NCBI RefSeq assembly: GCF_000143415.4
Contig: NW_003314275.1
Location: 2,275,419-2,339,418, forward strand
DNA from: Selaginella moellendorffii
Taxonomy: Eukaryota; Plantae; Lycopodiophyta
Length of the DNA: 64,000 nucleotides
Direction of reading: 5' to 3'
Notes under the pieces: model-generated
What the model was told of the DNA's origin: nothing
Databases searched by the model: none
The model's input: only the letters and a program-made list of their open reading frames with translations
In this document: positions 10,564 to 23,005 of the stretch, piece by piece
Position numbering within the stretch: the stretch's first letter is position 1
Layout: each line of letters begins with the position of its first letter
Position numbers and translations under genes: made by a program

Positions 10564-12183
10564 ATGGCGGAGCACAAGATAATCTTTGTGGAGCCGCCGG
10601 CAGGCTGCGAGGAGCGGCGGCGCAGTAAGCGTATGATGGCTTGCCCGAGCGGTCACAGGTACTGCTGCTCGGAGATCCCGGAAACCCCACGCAAGGCCGT
10701 GAGGAAGAGCCCCAAGAAGATTGGAGCCGGGTCGCCGCCGTCGCCTACCAAGATCCGGAATTCGCCCAGATCAAGAACAGCTGGGCCGGTGACGAGGAAG
10801 ATCAAGAGGAGGAACTTGGCGGAGATCTACGAGATCACACCGGCTTGTGAGCTCCCGAAAGAGGAAGAAGAGGATGAAGACGAGGATGACGAGGAGGATG
10901 ACTATGAGGAGGTGGACGATGTCAAATGTGGGAATTGTGATCGAGCTAATGATCCACAGAGGTTCCTACTGTGCGATGGTTGCGATCGTGGCTATCACAT
11001 GTACTGTCTCTCTCCAATCCTTGTCGCGGTTCCCAAGGGTGACTGGTTTTGCCCGCATTGCTCCAAGGATCGACAGCAAGTCAAAGGTTGGATTTTTATT
11101 CTTTTTCTTTGCTTCCTTCTGATTGATCGATCCGTGGCTCACTTCTTGCAGTGTTTCCCATGGTGCAAAGGAAGCTCATCGATTTCTTCGGGATCGAGAA
11201 GGTGGAGGAAGAACCAACCAAAGGTACCAATACAAGTCTACTTCTTTCAGGTTGGTCCAATAGTTCTTGCGCTCGACAGAAGTGAGGCGACGACGACACA
11301 GTGGCTCTCTGGTGATTTACAAGAAAAGCAGGAAGCTGCTGCCATACATGCCATCCAAGGATCCATCGCAGAGGCTGGAGCAAATGGCATCACTGGCGTC
11401 AGCCTTGATGACTTCCGGTATTGAATTTAGCAACGAGCTCACTTATCTTCCAGGTCTAGCTCCAAGGCGTGCGAACAGAGCCGTGCTAGAGAAAGGAGGA
11501 ATGCAGGTGTGGGAACGCTCCCTCGTTTCTCTGTCTCAATGATCTTCACGAGCTCTCTAACACTCCAGGTGATTGGCAAAGAAGATAAGGCCACTTACGA
11601 GCTTTGCAAGGCAATGTGCCTCCGAGGCGAGCATCCTCCTCTCATGGTGACCAGAGATCCCCGTCAAGGGTGAGTTTCTCTTTCTCTTCTAGTATAGTTT
11701 TTGGTGCTCAAGAGGCTTTTTCTTGCTTGAACTCAGGTTCGTCGTGGAAGCAAACAACCATATAAAAGACATGACTTTGATCGCGGAGTACACCGGCGAT
11801 GTAGATTTCATGTGCAACCGAGAGGACGACGAAGGTGATAGCATCATGGGACTCCTTTTCCCGGAGGACGCTTCGCAGGAGCTCGTGATCTGTCCAGACA
11901 AACGTGGAAACATTGCCAGATTCATATCCGGGATCAATAACCACACCCCGTAAGCTCTAGTTTGTGATCACAGCAAGAACTTTGCAGTGCTAAACGTTCC
12001 TTCTCTTTTTCTTTTTCCTGTAGCGACGGCAGAAAGAAGCAGAACTTACGTTGTATCCGCTTCGACATCGATGGTGAAGTTCACGCTCTCTTGGTTTCGA
12101 TCCGGGACATCGCCAAAGGAGAGAGGCTCTACTACGACTACAATGCGTACCAGAAAGAATACCCAACGGAACACTTCGAGTAA
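10564..12183 (+). CDS. ATXR5/ATXR6-type histone H3K27 monomethyltransferase (PHD + PIP box + SET)
   Basis: PHD CGNC...LLCDGCDRGYHMYCL...WFCPHC; PIP-like QRKLIDFF; SET IAEYTGDVD, KRGNIARFISGINNHTP, LYYDYNAYQKEYPTEHFE*. Confidence 0.93.
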
Positions 12184-12572
12184 GCAAACCTTAGTACCTC
12201 CGAAAAAATTCTTTGCTCTTGTGATTTTATTATTTGCTCTTCCGGCTGGCTATCCCAAAGCGCTTGATCCAGCCCGAGATCACGAAAATCGTGGTGTTTC
12301 CAGAAGAAAGAAAAGAGACGATCGTCCATGACAACTACAAAGTTATATTTCATTTGCTATGGTCGTGATCCCTCTTTAAACCGACGGTCCAGAAAAAAAG
12401 GAAGCGACGGGCAGGATAATCGAAGGGGAAAAGGGGGAGAATTATTCTGGAACCTAGGTGTGGTCTAAAGGGAATTTCTCCTTCGCGGAGTGGTCCAGAA
12501 GATCCGCGGAGCTTTTGGTCGTCATTCTCGGCGCGCGATAGAGGATCGAGGCTGATACTGATCTCCGGCGCG

Positions 12573-13890
12573 ATGGGGGCGTCGTTGATCCAGGTGAGTG
12601 TTCTTTAACTTCTAGAGCTGGATCGAGCGATCGATCGATGAAATTTTCGGCACATTGCCGCAGGGATTCCTTAAGTCAACGGCCATGACCATAGTCTCGG
12701 AGATCGGGGACAAGACGTTCTTCGTGGCCGCGGTATGGAGATTTCTTTCCATTGCGTGGCAGTTTTAATTCTTTGGTTTTTTCTTTCCTTTTGTTCTATC
12801 AGTTGATGGCTATGAGACATCCTCGCGGTGTAGTTCTAACTGGAGCGCTCTTAGCTCTTGTGGTGAGTCGAGCAAAAGAAAATTTCTAGTCTTGGAGATC
12901 TGAGCCAAAGTTTTTCGAGCTCGTTTTGGAGGATTTGGATTCTAAAACTTTTGTTTCCCTTCGTGCTGCCAGGTGATGACTATTTTTTCTGCAGTGTTTG
13001 GCTGGGCAGCGCCAAATCTTGTAAGAACAAACAGTGTGTGACTTTGTTTGTCTAAGTTTTGCGTCGTCTTCTTCTTTGCAGATATCTCGCAAGCTGACAC
13101 ACAACGGTGCCACGTTTCTCTTCTTTGTTTTCGGCCTCCGGTCGCTATGGGATGCAATCTCCAATGAGGAAGGGTAGGCGATCGCTCGCTTCTGGTTGGA
13201 TTTTCACCGTTTGTTTGCTCTTCAGGGAGTCCGAGCTCGCGGAAGTCGAAGCAAAGCTTGTAAGATAAATCGAGTGATCTCGACGATGGTTTTTCTGATC
13301 TTGTCTGTCTACTGTCTCAGGGGAGGACTGACGATATAAAGAAGAAAAAGAAGCAACAAGCGAGCGTTTTTTTGTCCCCCGTTCTCATCGAGGTGAATTC
13401 GCCCTCCTCATTTCTCTCCGATCGCTCATACATTTTGCAAACTCCAGGCTTTTTCGTTAACTTTCCTCGGTGAATGGGGCGACCGGAGTCAGGTAACGAG
13501 CAATCGATCTTTCTTACTCGATCACTCAAAACTTCCATGCTTGTAGATAGCTACGATAGGATTGGCTGCCCAGGAGAACGTAGTGGGAGTAGCAGTCGGT
13601 GGCTTCCTGTAAGTCGAATTCTTGGCGAAAACTTTGAGATCTTGCTGATAAAAATTCCTTCTTTTGTTTCTCTCTTCTCGTAGGGGCCATGCCTTGTGCA
13701 CGAGTGCTGCTGTTTGGGGAGGGAAGCATCTAGCTTCAAGCATCTCCGAAAGATCGGTACGTATCAAAGCTTTTCCTTTTCTTTTCTTATGATTTCTTTG
13801 TGGATATTTGCATAGGTTGCGCTTTGTGGTGGCATTTTGTTCTTGCTCTTTGGAGCGCATTCCTTGTTTAACGGTTTCCAAGTGGCTTGA
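12573..13890 (+). CDS. GDT1/TMEM165 (UPF0016) Ca2+/Mn2+ transporter, many small exons
   Basis: Exons give MGASLIQ-GFLKSTAMTIVSEIGDKTFFVAA-LMAMRHPR... and EWGDRSQ, the two E-x-G-D-[KR] signature motifs. Stop TGA at 13888-13890. Confidence 0.9.
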
Positions 13891-13994
13891 ACGTATTAAG
13901 TTCTTCAAGCCTATGTAACTATACTCGTGAACTCTGGCTACGGAAGTTCATTCTCTAAAAGTTCTTTATACAAACTTCGATTGGCTTCGAAGAA

Positions 13995-14211
13995 GAAAAC
14001 ATATTTGCTCTTACTGGAAATTATTGTCAAACTGCAACATGAGCTTGTTTTAATAGTAAACGTTGGCGACTTAATCAAATCCTTGCTCCAGTTCCAGACT
14101 TTCACAGCGCCTTGCTTGTCACCCGAGCCAGCAGCACCTTGCTTGTTGCCCGCAGAGGAAAGGCTGATAACTTCTGCGCTCAAGAACAAGTGCCCATAAA
14201 CCTTCACTGTT
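13995..14211 (-). pseudogene. Rearranged partial duplicate of the 3' end of the CCCH-WD40 gene
   Basis: 14069-14211 aligns with about 15797-15963 (VKVYG...SAEVISLSSA...SGDKQGAVKVWNWSKDLIK). Weaker similarity continues into the 3' flank. Confidence 0.85.
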
Positions 14212-15794
14212 TAGTCGTGGTAAGCTCAAATGAGTGTGGTTACGAAGAACATAACTATTTTGTTGTAAGTAGCGAGTTAAAAGTAGCGTATACAACCAAC
14301 TAAACTAACTGATTGCATTAAATTTGTATATTTATAAAAACAAAAAGTAACGAGCTAAAGGTAATGAAAATTTTACTGTTAATTTGCTATTTTTGTTTTT
14401 ATCACACATACTCAATAGAATAGTGGATATATCAAATGGATTAATGGCTGTATGTTTACTACTTGTAATAAAAATAAAAGTAAAAGTAAAATATTAAAAA
14501 ACATTCAAACTCTTAAAAATAAATTGATTATTAATAGTTTGATGTTACTATGATATATTTTAGTTTTTAGGAGTTGAATGTTTTTTGTTTTAAAAACAAA
14601 AATAAATCAAATTCAATTTAATAATGAACTCTTTGCATTGTTACACGAGTTGTGTATATAAGTAAAGAAGGCAATAATAAAATAACAACTTTAAAGGAAA
14701 TATAATTTATAGTATTCAAAATTTCGATGATGAATTAAAGCAAACACCATCATATTATCATCCTTGCCATAAAATTAAACCAAAAGGATGTCTAAGTTAT
14801 GTATAATCATTTTTCCCATTTACTTTCTATATAGTGCTATAAAATATAACATAGTGTAAAGATTTTTTATAAAGTACATTTAATTTTATTAGGATAATTT
14901 TGTTAAGTAATTTTATTGCAAGGACTATTATTGAACATCTTTATTTAAATTTAATAAAATTTGTAAAAAATTTATATTTTTTTGTAGCCATTAACAAAAA
15001 CATTTACATTCTAAAGCTACTAGAATTTATTTAAAAGATTTCCATGTAATCTATATTGTCTTTATATAATATATAATTTATAATATAATTCTTCAATTTT
15101 TTCTATATCATTCACATTGTAATCTCAATCATAGCTTTAACAAAATTAAACTTGTTATAAAAGTATAGTGGATACTTTTAATTCACCTTTAAAGGAAAAA
15201 CATAACAAAAAGTTATAGTTTGTGATAAAAAAATGTAATGTGTTAAAGTTAAAACTTAAAAACATTCATATTTTTAAAAATAAATAAATTTATAAAATTT
15301 ATCTTCTTAATTTTTATTATTATGTTAATTTTAAAGTTTTTAGGATATTATATATATCTGTAAACTTGAAATAATAAAAAAGTTCACATTTATAAATAAT
15401 TTGCTGGACATTGCATATAATAATGCTTAGTTTGTTTAATAGTAGTGTTATTCATATTTATTAATTTAATTAATTTAATGGAAATCTAAATACTTTAGAT
15501 TCAATAAGCTTAATTTTGTGTTTATAAATTATAAATATAAAATTAATCTAAATGAATAACAACCATTAGATAGTAAAATATTTTAGAATATTCAAATATA
15601 TTTTAGATACCCTTCTAAAATTCAATATGAAAATAAGTTAACTGAGTAAAACAATAAAAACTACAAACAGCTTGAACTTAAAAACAGCCACTTGGTTTAA
15701 ATAGACAAAAAACCATCTTTACTCTTAATACATATATTGTCAAAAGCTCCAATGCGCGCTTGTTTGCCTAGTAAACTTTACAATCGCTGCTCAG

Positions 15795-17360
15795 CTACTT
15801 AATCAAATCCTTGCTCCACTTCCAGACTTTCACAGCGCCTTGCTTGTCGCCCGAGAAGACTAGATTGTTACCAGCAGCCGCGGAGGAAAGGCTGATAACT
15901 TCCGCGCTTGAGAACAAGGCGCCTCTTTCCTCGAACAATGGTAGCCCGTAAACCTTCACTGTTGAGTCTCGGTACGAGCAAACGAGCACGGGCTTGCCAT
16001 CGCTATCGACGCTCCCACACATCCCTGTTACTCCGCTTCGTCCCACAATCTCCTCCTCTCCTTCTGGAAACGTGAAGTAGTTCTCCAAAGTTCCAGCCGG
16101 AGTCGCGGCCCACACCTTGATGAAGCTATCGAGCGAGCAAGACAGGAGGAAGGACTCCCAGCACAGCAGGCCCGTTAGCTCGCCAGCGTGAGCCTTGACG
16201 ATGGTTGCACAGCTCTTCCCAGTCTCGGCCTCGCAAACTCTGATGGATCCGTCCCTGGAGCCCGAGTAGACGCGACCTCCAGCCACAGTGAGTGCCGTGA
16301 CAGCGCTGGGATGTTTGCTCAACGTCCCTGTAGATTTGAGCTCTCCACTGCCAAACTCCCACGCGCAAACTTCTCCCGAGCCAAGCCCCGCCACCAGCAA
16401 GCCTTTGCCAACTGCTAGAGCGTTCACGTTTCCCGGTGCTCGAGCTTGTAGTGTCTGCTGCGAGAACTTGACGTTCCAGGCCAGGACTTCGTGGCCAGCA
16501 CCGGCGAAAATCCAGCCAAAACCACTGGCCAGTGCCTCCACCGGGCCCTCTAGCCTCAGAGTATCTGACACGGTCCCCGAGTTGCAATCCCAGGCCCTGA
16601 GAGTTCCATCGGTAGCACCAGTAAAGAGCACTGCCGAGTCTGGAACCATAGCTATTCCCGTGATGCTCTCCTTGTGCTCTTTGAGCGTGGTGAGGAGCGC
16701 CAATCCGGTGACGGTGGTAGCAGCGTGGAGGAACTTACACCTCTCCCCATATCTACACGACCCCTCCAGCCAATACGCACAAGCCCTTTGGGTGTGAGGA
16801 GAAGGCGAAGTTCCTGGTTTCCTTGCCGGCTTCTTTGATCCCAATATCAGTGCCTCTGTCGACGAAGATCTCTTGAGCTTTGGAGGCGGCGGAAGAGCTG
16901 CTGGATCGACGATGATCTTCTGTGCATTGTTTTCCGAGTGTTAGCGACCATATACCTAGCTGTGAAAACCTTTTGCGCAACACACACACACTACCTTGTT
17001 CTTGATGATCTCGGGCCCTTTCGTTTGATCAAACCCAATGACCCTCGCCTTGTCTGCCAGACCCTCTTTGATCCATGTGTTCTTCTTCAACACGGGGCGG
17101 CTGCCGCTGGCGCTGCTACTGGGATCCGCGGCGGCGACACTCCGCTTCCTGCTAGGCCTCTCCAGTGCGAGAGGAGCACTCTCCCCGGAATCAGCTTCAC
17201 CGTGCACGAATCCACAGACAGCACCCTTGCTACATCGCCCCTGTTGCCAGAATTTACATACCCTAGGGATCTGGCCGGTGAAATCGAGGCGATCGCTCAT
17301 GGGTCGCCTAGAAATCGTCCTCTTCGTTGCCTCTGGATGAAGAACCTCGCTCAGCGCCAT
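15795..17360 (-). CDS. CCCH zinc finger + WD40 repeat protein (ZFWD family), 2 exons
   Basis: Two C-x7-C-x5-C-x3-H fingers (CKFWQQGRCSKGAVCGFVH; CAYWLEGSCRYGERCKFLH) followed by WD repeats (LFTGATDGTLRAWD, LLSCSLDSFIKVW). Confidence 0.92.
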
Positions 17361-17550
17361 CGACTTGCCCTAAATGAATGAGCCCTAATTTCAAACTGGA
17401 AGTAGTAGAAATAAAGGTTTAAAAGAATGTTTAGGGTTCTTCAGGGGGTTTTAAGAATATTTAGGGTTCTTGCGATGGAGCCTCGATCGATCGCGGTAAG
17501 GAGCTGCCAATGCTGGTGATTTTTCACTGCGAGGGCCGCGGAGTGGTCTA

Positions 17551-18837
17551 ATGCTGGTGATTTGGAAGAAATCTCAGAATGCGGACGCTCTAGCCTCCTC
17601 GCTCTGGAGGCGAGAATGCGGCAATCCGTGGGTAATCCAGCGGCGCTTCATGGCCAGGGAGAGGAAGAGGAAGAGGATCCGGCAAGTGAGCTTCGACGTG
17701 ATGATCAGCCGGGAGAAGCACGTCAGGCAGGCGCTGTGGCTCAAGGATCTCCTCGTCACGAGGCCCGGCCACACCATCTCGATGATAGATTTCCGGGAGG
17801 AGGTGAAGAATCTGGGGATGCGCGTGAGGAGGCTCTACTACCTCCTCGAGTACTACGACACGCTCTTCCAGACGCGGGTGGACAGAGCCAAGGTAGAGTG
17901 GATAGAGCTCGGGGAAGATGGCCGGAGGATTGTGGAGCTGGAGAGGAGGCTCATGGCCGAGTACGAGCCGTGTCTAGTGGAGAACTTGCGAAAGCTGCTG
18001 ATGATGAGCGAGGGCGAGAAGATCTGCCTCAAGAGGATCGCGCTGCTGCGAGAGCCACTGGGACTTCCTCACGACTTCGAGCAGAACCTGGTACACAAGT
18101 ATCCGCAGTACTTCGACGTGGTGATCGCCAAGGACAAGAAGTACAGGGATTTGCAGCCGTTTCTCAAGCTCACGAGCTGGGATCCACTGCTGGCCATCTC
18201 TCGCCGAGAAGCCGATGCCGAGGAGAGCGAGAGAGATCCACACTCGTTCCGGATGAGGTTCCCGGGGGTCAAGTTCGTGCGGGGGAGGGACGCGCAGTTC
18301 CTCAAGAGCTTCCAGATGCTCGAGTTCCCGTCGCCGTATGATCCAAACCACGGCTACCCGAAGCTCTCCCGGGAGGCTGTCAAGCGCGCGGTGGCGGTGA
18401 TACACGAGTTCCTGTGCCTCACGCAGGAGTCCAAGGCGCTGGTCGACTCCATCGCCGAGATCCGGCGAGAGACTGGGATTCCAAAGAAGATTGGCGAGCT
18501 CATTTGCCGGCACCCGGGGATCTTCTACTTGTCGTGGAAGGGAGCGCTGGCGAGGCATCCACATATGGAGGTGGTCTATCTCAAGGAAGCTTACAGCAAG
18601 CCATACGAGGGGGAGAGGCTGAAAGCTGCGAGGCTGCTGAGGAAAGGGCCCCTGGTGCAAGTGAAAGAAGCCATGGCTCTCACGATGTGGCACGCAGATC
18701 TGGCCTACGATAAGAGGCATGGCACGGATTGTTTCTTGGAGGGCCGCCAGTTCCCGATGATAACTTACGATGCGTTTGAGAGTACCTTCCAGTCGGAGCT
18801 GTACAGGGAGCAGAAGATCAAGTACGAGAACCTCTAG
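17551..18837 (+). CDS. PORR-domain (plant organelle RNA recognition) protein
   Basis: Intronless. Motifs LRKLLMMS, LGLPHDFE...KYPQYF, FQMLEFPSPY, KRAVAVIHEFLCLT, RHPGIFYLS, VYLKEAY. Confidence 0.9.
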   Translation: MLVIWKKSQNADALASSLWRRECGNPWVIQRRFMARERKRKRIRQVSFDVMISREKHVRQALWLKDLLVTRPGHTISMIDFREEVKNLGMRVRRLYYLLEYYDTLFQTRVDRAKVEWIELGEDGRRIVELERRLMAEYEPCLVENLRKLLMMSEGEKICLKRIALLREPLGLPHDFEQNLVHKYPQYFDVVIAKDKKYRDLQPFLKLTSWDPLLAISRREADAEESERDPHSFRMRFPGVKFVRGRDAQFLKSFQMLEFPSPYDPNHGYPKLSREAVKRAVAVIHEFLCLTQESKALVDSIAEIRRETGIPKKIGELICRHPGIFYLSWKGALARHPHMEVVYLKEAYSKPYEGERLKAARLLRKGPLVQVKEAMALTMWHADLAYDKRHGTDCFLEGRQFPMITYDAFESTFQSELYREQKIKYENL

Positions 18838-19639
18838 TTTCCCAGCAGATGGATGGAAGAAAGTTCGAGCATTTGAAGAGCTGAGGGGGGAGGCGGCTTA
18901 TTCAAAACCAACGACATGGATGGAAAGCCTCGCATTGGACGAGGAATACAAGTCACTGGCATATGAAATGGAATACTAAGAGCTATGGCTTAGATTTACA
19001 CCTTCTTAGTGACCTACGCCTTAAAGGCAGGATGGCGAGAGAGATTATGGACTCATCTCAGCATGACACATCGATGGCAAGCTTTGTTTTGAAGACAATG
19101 TGGAGAAGTTGATATGCTGATTCTTATAGATTTGATGAGAGAATATATTTTGGCATTATATTCTAATAGAATATATCTATTTGTAATAACTGGAACCCTC
19201 TCAAGAGCATACTAAAAACTTCTTAAAATTTATAAAACTTAAATAAAGTAACATAAATGATTATGTGTACACTATTATGTATGCACTAAAATTTTAATAC
19301 TATACTATATATAATAACGAATATGTGATTGCATTATATATTTATACATGCAAATGTTTTTTTAATTTAATTTTTTTGTCTTTTTGAGTTGCATGCAAAA
19401 ATATCATGCACACAAACACTTTTCAATTGTTATATAAACAATCAAAATGTGATTATGTGTATAATAATTTTTTCATAAAGTATGTTATATATACATGGGT
19501 GTAGCGCATGTGATCATAGGATGAGATTTGGATATATTGTCACCGTGAATCTTTAAAACCTTGGGGGATAAATGGGGATAAAATAGCCATTAAAGGCTCT
19601 TTCATCAAGCAATTACCTTTTTTTCAATTGGCTTAAGGG

Positions 19640-22600
19640 GAGATAAATAAGATGCACTACAATGGGGTATGACACTTTCAAATCCTAAATCACCAAATTG
19701 CTTTGTGTGAGGCTATGCCGAGTTACAATTTCTCCACGTCACTGAGTTTTGCTTAAGTTATCTTTTGGATAAGTCTTCCAAAAGACTTCTTAGTTCTTAT
19801 GCTCAGCTACCCAAATGCCAAAAAGGGAACTACCTACTACAAAATCAAATGCCCAAATGTTGCATAAAGACATAGAGAGTAGAGGCAATGGAGAATCTAT
19901 GAGGCAATCCTCTCAGGAAAGCTCTATATACTCAATTGGAAGTGCAACTTTTGATGGCCATTTGCCTACAAACATACAGTTTATTGCAAATGTCAAGTTG
20001 GGGCATTCAGGAAGCAAAACTCAAATAACTCTCAAATAGTTCTTTGAAAATCAATATCACCAAAATGCAAACGTGACTATGAGGAGGTTCATCTATGCTC
20101 ATGCTCTTCCTTTTAACATATTCTGTTCACCTTTTTGGGAAGACATAGTGGATGCTTTACTTGTTGTTAGAAAGGGATACAAATCCACTATAATCAAATA
20201 TAAAGGACTTTGTGTTTAGCATTTGAATGAAGAATGTGAAAGTCTGAGGGAGAGGATGCAATTAATCAGAGAAGGATGGAAACATTATGGTTATAATATT
20301 ATCTTGTATGGATGGCAATGCAGTAGGAAGAGGTTGATTATCAACTTATTGGCTGTGAGTTGTCAAGGTTGTGTTTCTTAAAATCAATTGATGCATTAGA
20401 TGCAATCAAGACTGGTTTATATCTCTATGAGCAGGTATAGCTAGTGATTCTGGAAGTTGTACTTGAGAATGTTGTCCAATTGGTCACAAATAATGCAGCC
20501 AATTGCGTAAGTATGGGCCAACTTATGATGGAGGAATTCCCTCATATATCCTACATTGTCGCGAATGTGACTTCGGGTATCGAAAGTTACCTGTCGGCTA
20601 GTCCTTACGGACACTCTTACCTTACTGCCACGATGGCAGGAGGTCGGTATTGCTGGACCCGTTATCAGTTTCCCACTTGAGTTAGTTGAGAAATTGGTCA
20701 ATGACCGTGTACTTAGATCGGATAAACATAAGGTAGGAACCCTATGTGTTTCTTGCTGAGCATACTCAACTTGGTTTGAGAAACTCCTGTCATTGGCTTG
20801 CACTTGCTAGTATCAAGAACTCCCGCGATATTGAGATTGGTCCCTTAATATCGCTAGATGATAGCTTACCGTGTCTGCCAAACACCCTCGCTATCATACC
20901 CTTTGTGTTAGTCTCATTTTGGTCCCAAATGTTATTTATGGAAAGTGTCCAGATTTGCTCATTTGGCATATCTACGGAATGTAGAGATCGTCCTGAACAC
21001 AATGGTGTTCGTCCCGTGTCCAAATTCGCAATCTAAGGACATTCCATATTTAGTAAGTTTCAAGCTTGTCCCAGAGACTAACTCCTGATACTAAGGGAGG
21101 CTTGGGGTGAAAGCCCAAAGCGTGTGTTCCTCTAGGGGGGGGGGATGTGGGGGGTTCCAAATGCATAGTAGGGATAGTGGGTAGGTCGGGCATGGCCGAC
21201 CAACCTGAGGCATAGTCTAGCTCCCGCTTGCGTGCTTGTCCTTGTTCTGCGTCCGGCTTGGGTCTAAGCCCAAGTTCCATTCCATGCTAGTTGGTGGAGT
21301 ACCCATGTCCTCGCGTTAGGCCACCGGTATGCCGAAATAGCGCCAGACTTCGTTTGGCTCCGTTTTGCGTGCTGGTCCTGGCATTAGGATGCTGGTTGCT
21401 CCAGGACTGTTCCAAGTCGCTCCGGGCTCCTGTCCCTTCGCTCCTTGGGCTTTATGCTCGAGAGTTGCTCCGTGGTTTAGTTCCGTCACTCCTTGGCTCC
21501 ATGCTTGGGAGTTTGGCACCGTTCCTTTGTTCAGTGGCCCAAGGCCCTGAACCTCGGGTTCCTATGGACACGTGGCATGGACACGTGGCATGTGACACGT
21601 GGCATCTGTCACGTGGCACAAAGAGGGTTTAGGTTCCGCTTCGTGGTGTTATCCTATGGTAAATCACTATAGGATAAAGGGTCAAAACCACGTGCGCTAC
21701 ATACATGGTTGTTGTGTTTGCCATGTTCTTGATTTGTTATGCAAAGATATTAGCAAATTTGAATGGGCACAACTATTGATTAGTGGATGTGAAAAGCTAG
21801 TTACCTTCTTTACAAAGAAACCAAAGCTTCTAACTACTTTCCAAAAGATTGCACCATGGGATATTGTAAAGCTAACAACAACACAATTTACTTATAGCTA
21901 CTTGGTTATAAGCCAATTCGTTGATGAGAAAATGCTATGGAAGAACAATGAGTTTTGGATACAATGTTCTGAGCTTCTCATGATCATGGCCCTAATTCTA
22001 AAGCTATTAAAAATAGCTGATAAAGATGGTGTAGGGATGGGCATCATCTTTGAAGCTATTGATAAAATCCAAGAGAGCTTGCAGAAATTGGCTGATGATG
22101 ATGTGGTGGACAAGTAGAGAATTGAAACATTTAAATCATTCATATACAACAATGACCAATCTGATCCAAACCATTGGCTTGATGCATAATCTTCTACAAA
22201 GTATGGGCCGTTGTTTACATCTATTGTGAATGGACATAGAAGAGGATGTTGATACCCATGCATACTTTGAACAGATTTCAAAAGGGGATTTGAAGGTTGA
22301 GGAAAAGTTAATGCTTTAATTTCATGATTTCAAGAAAAATTGACCTACAGAGATGAGACGTAATCTGGCATCTCAAAGAAACATGTGTAAGAAAAAAATG
22401 TTTTGGTGGGGAGGTATAGATCTCAACTCCTGACCTGCAGAAGGTGGCTATATGAGTTCTCAGCCAATGCATTTCAGTTTTTGATGCTGAAAGAAATTGG
22501 AGCACTTGGAGAATTGTTCAGTCTAAGAGAAAAGCTTGGTTGCTAGTTGTGAATATCGAAAAGTTAATGTATTGTTAGACTAACTTGAAGTCAACTCATA

Positions 22601-22730
22601 GAGACAAAGGCCACCCCTTGTAAGAAGATTGATCCAGATGATTTGGATTTAAAGCCAATTGGGAGAGGCTTTGCATATGCAGTAAAGGATGGAAGAATCC
22701 CAAGAACTTTTATAAAAGATAAATGATAAT
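19640..22730 (+). mobile_element. Degraded hAT-family DNA transposon (DUF659-type transposase), interrupted by a solo LTR
   Basis: Broken frames give GWQCSRKRLIINLL, FLKSIDA, ENVVQLVTNNAANC, HVLDLLCKDI, and the C-terminal dimerisation region LQKVAI*VLSQ...AERNWSTW...EKLMY. Termini were not identified. Confidence 0.8.
20557..21701. mobile_element. Solo LTR (1145 bp) with 5-bp TSD TACAT
   Basis: TG...CA ends. TACAT at 20552-20556 and 21702-21706. Splits the hAT transposase between EEFPHISY and CHVLDLL. A homologous copy lies at 52911-54407. Confidence 0.88.
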
Positions 22731-23005
22731 GTTGTCGAAGATGAGGTTGACAATACTGATTGAAAAGGATATTCGAATATTTAAAATATTCGTTTAAAAT
22801 CTTTTACATTTCTTTATGTTTTTAAGTTTGTTTCTGACAAACGCGTTTCCACGTTTGCAAACGCATTTGGGTTTATGTGTTTGGAACATTTGTAAGTATG
22901 ATTTTTTCTTCTTCATTATCTTGTATTTCTCTCCTTTTTGAGCATTGCCTGATCGAATAGACGAAGAACATACGAAGTTTTCTGAAAGAAAAGTTACAAA
23001 ACTAA

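Noticed and set aside
5398-18837. RSM22, NDUFA2, PPR and PORR as a functional organellar gene cluster
   Set aside because: Unrelated genes are interspersed and PPR genes are very abundant in such genomes; only the head-to-head pair is retained as a finding.
21567-21620. Short regular repeats as a CRISPR-like array
   Set aside because: Eukaryotic context, 13-14 bp units with no unique spacers; these are LTR-internal repeats.
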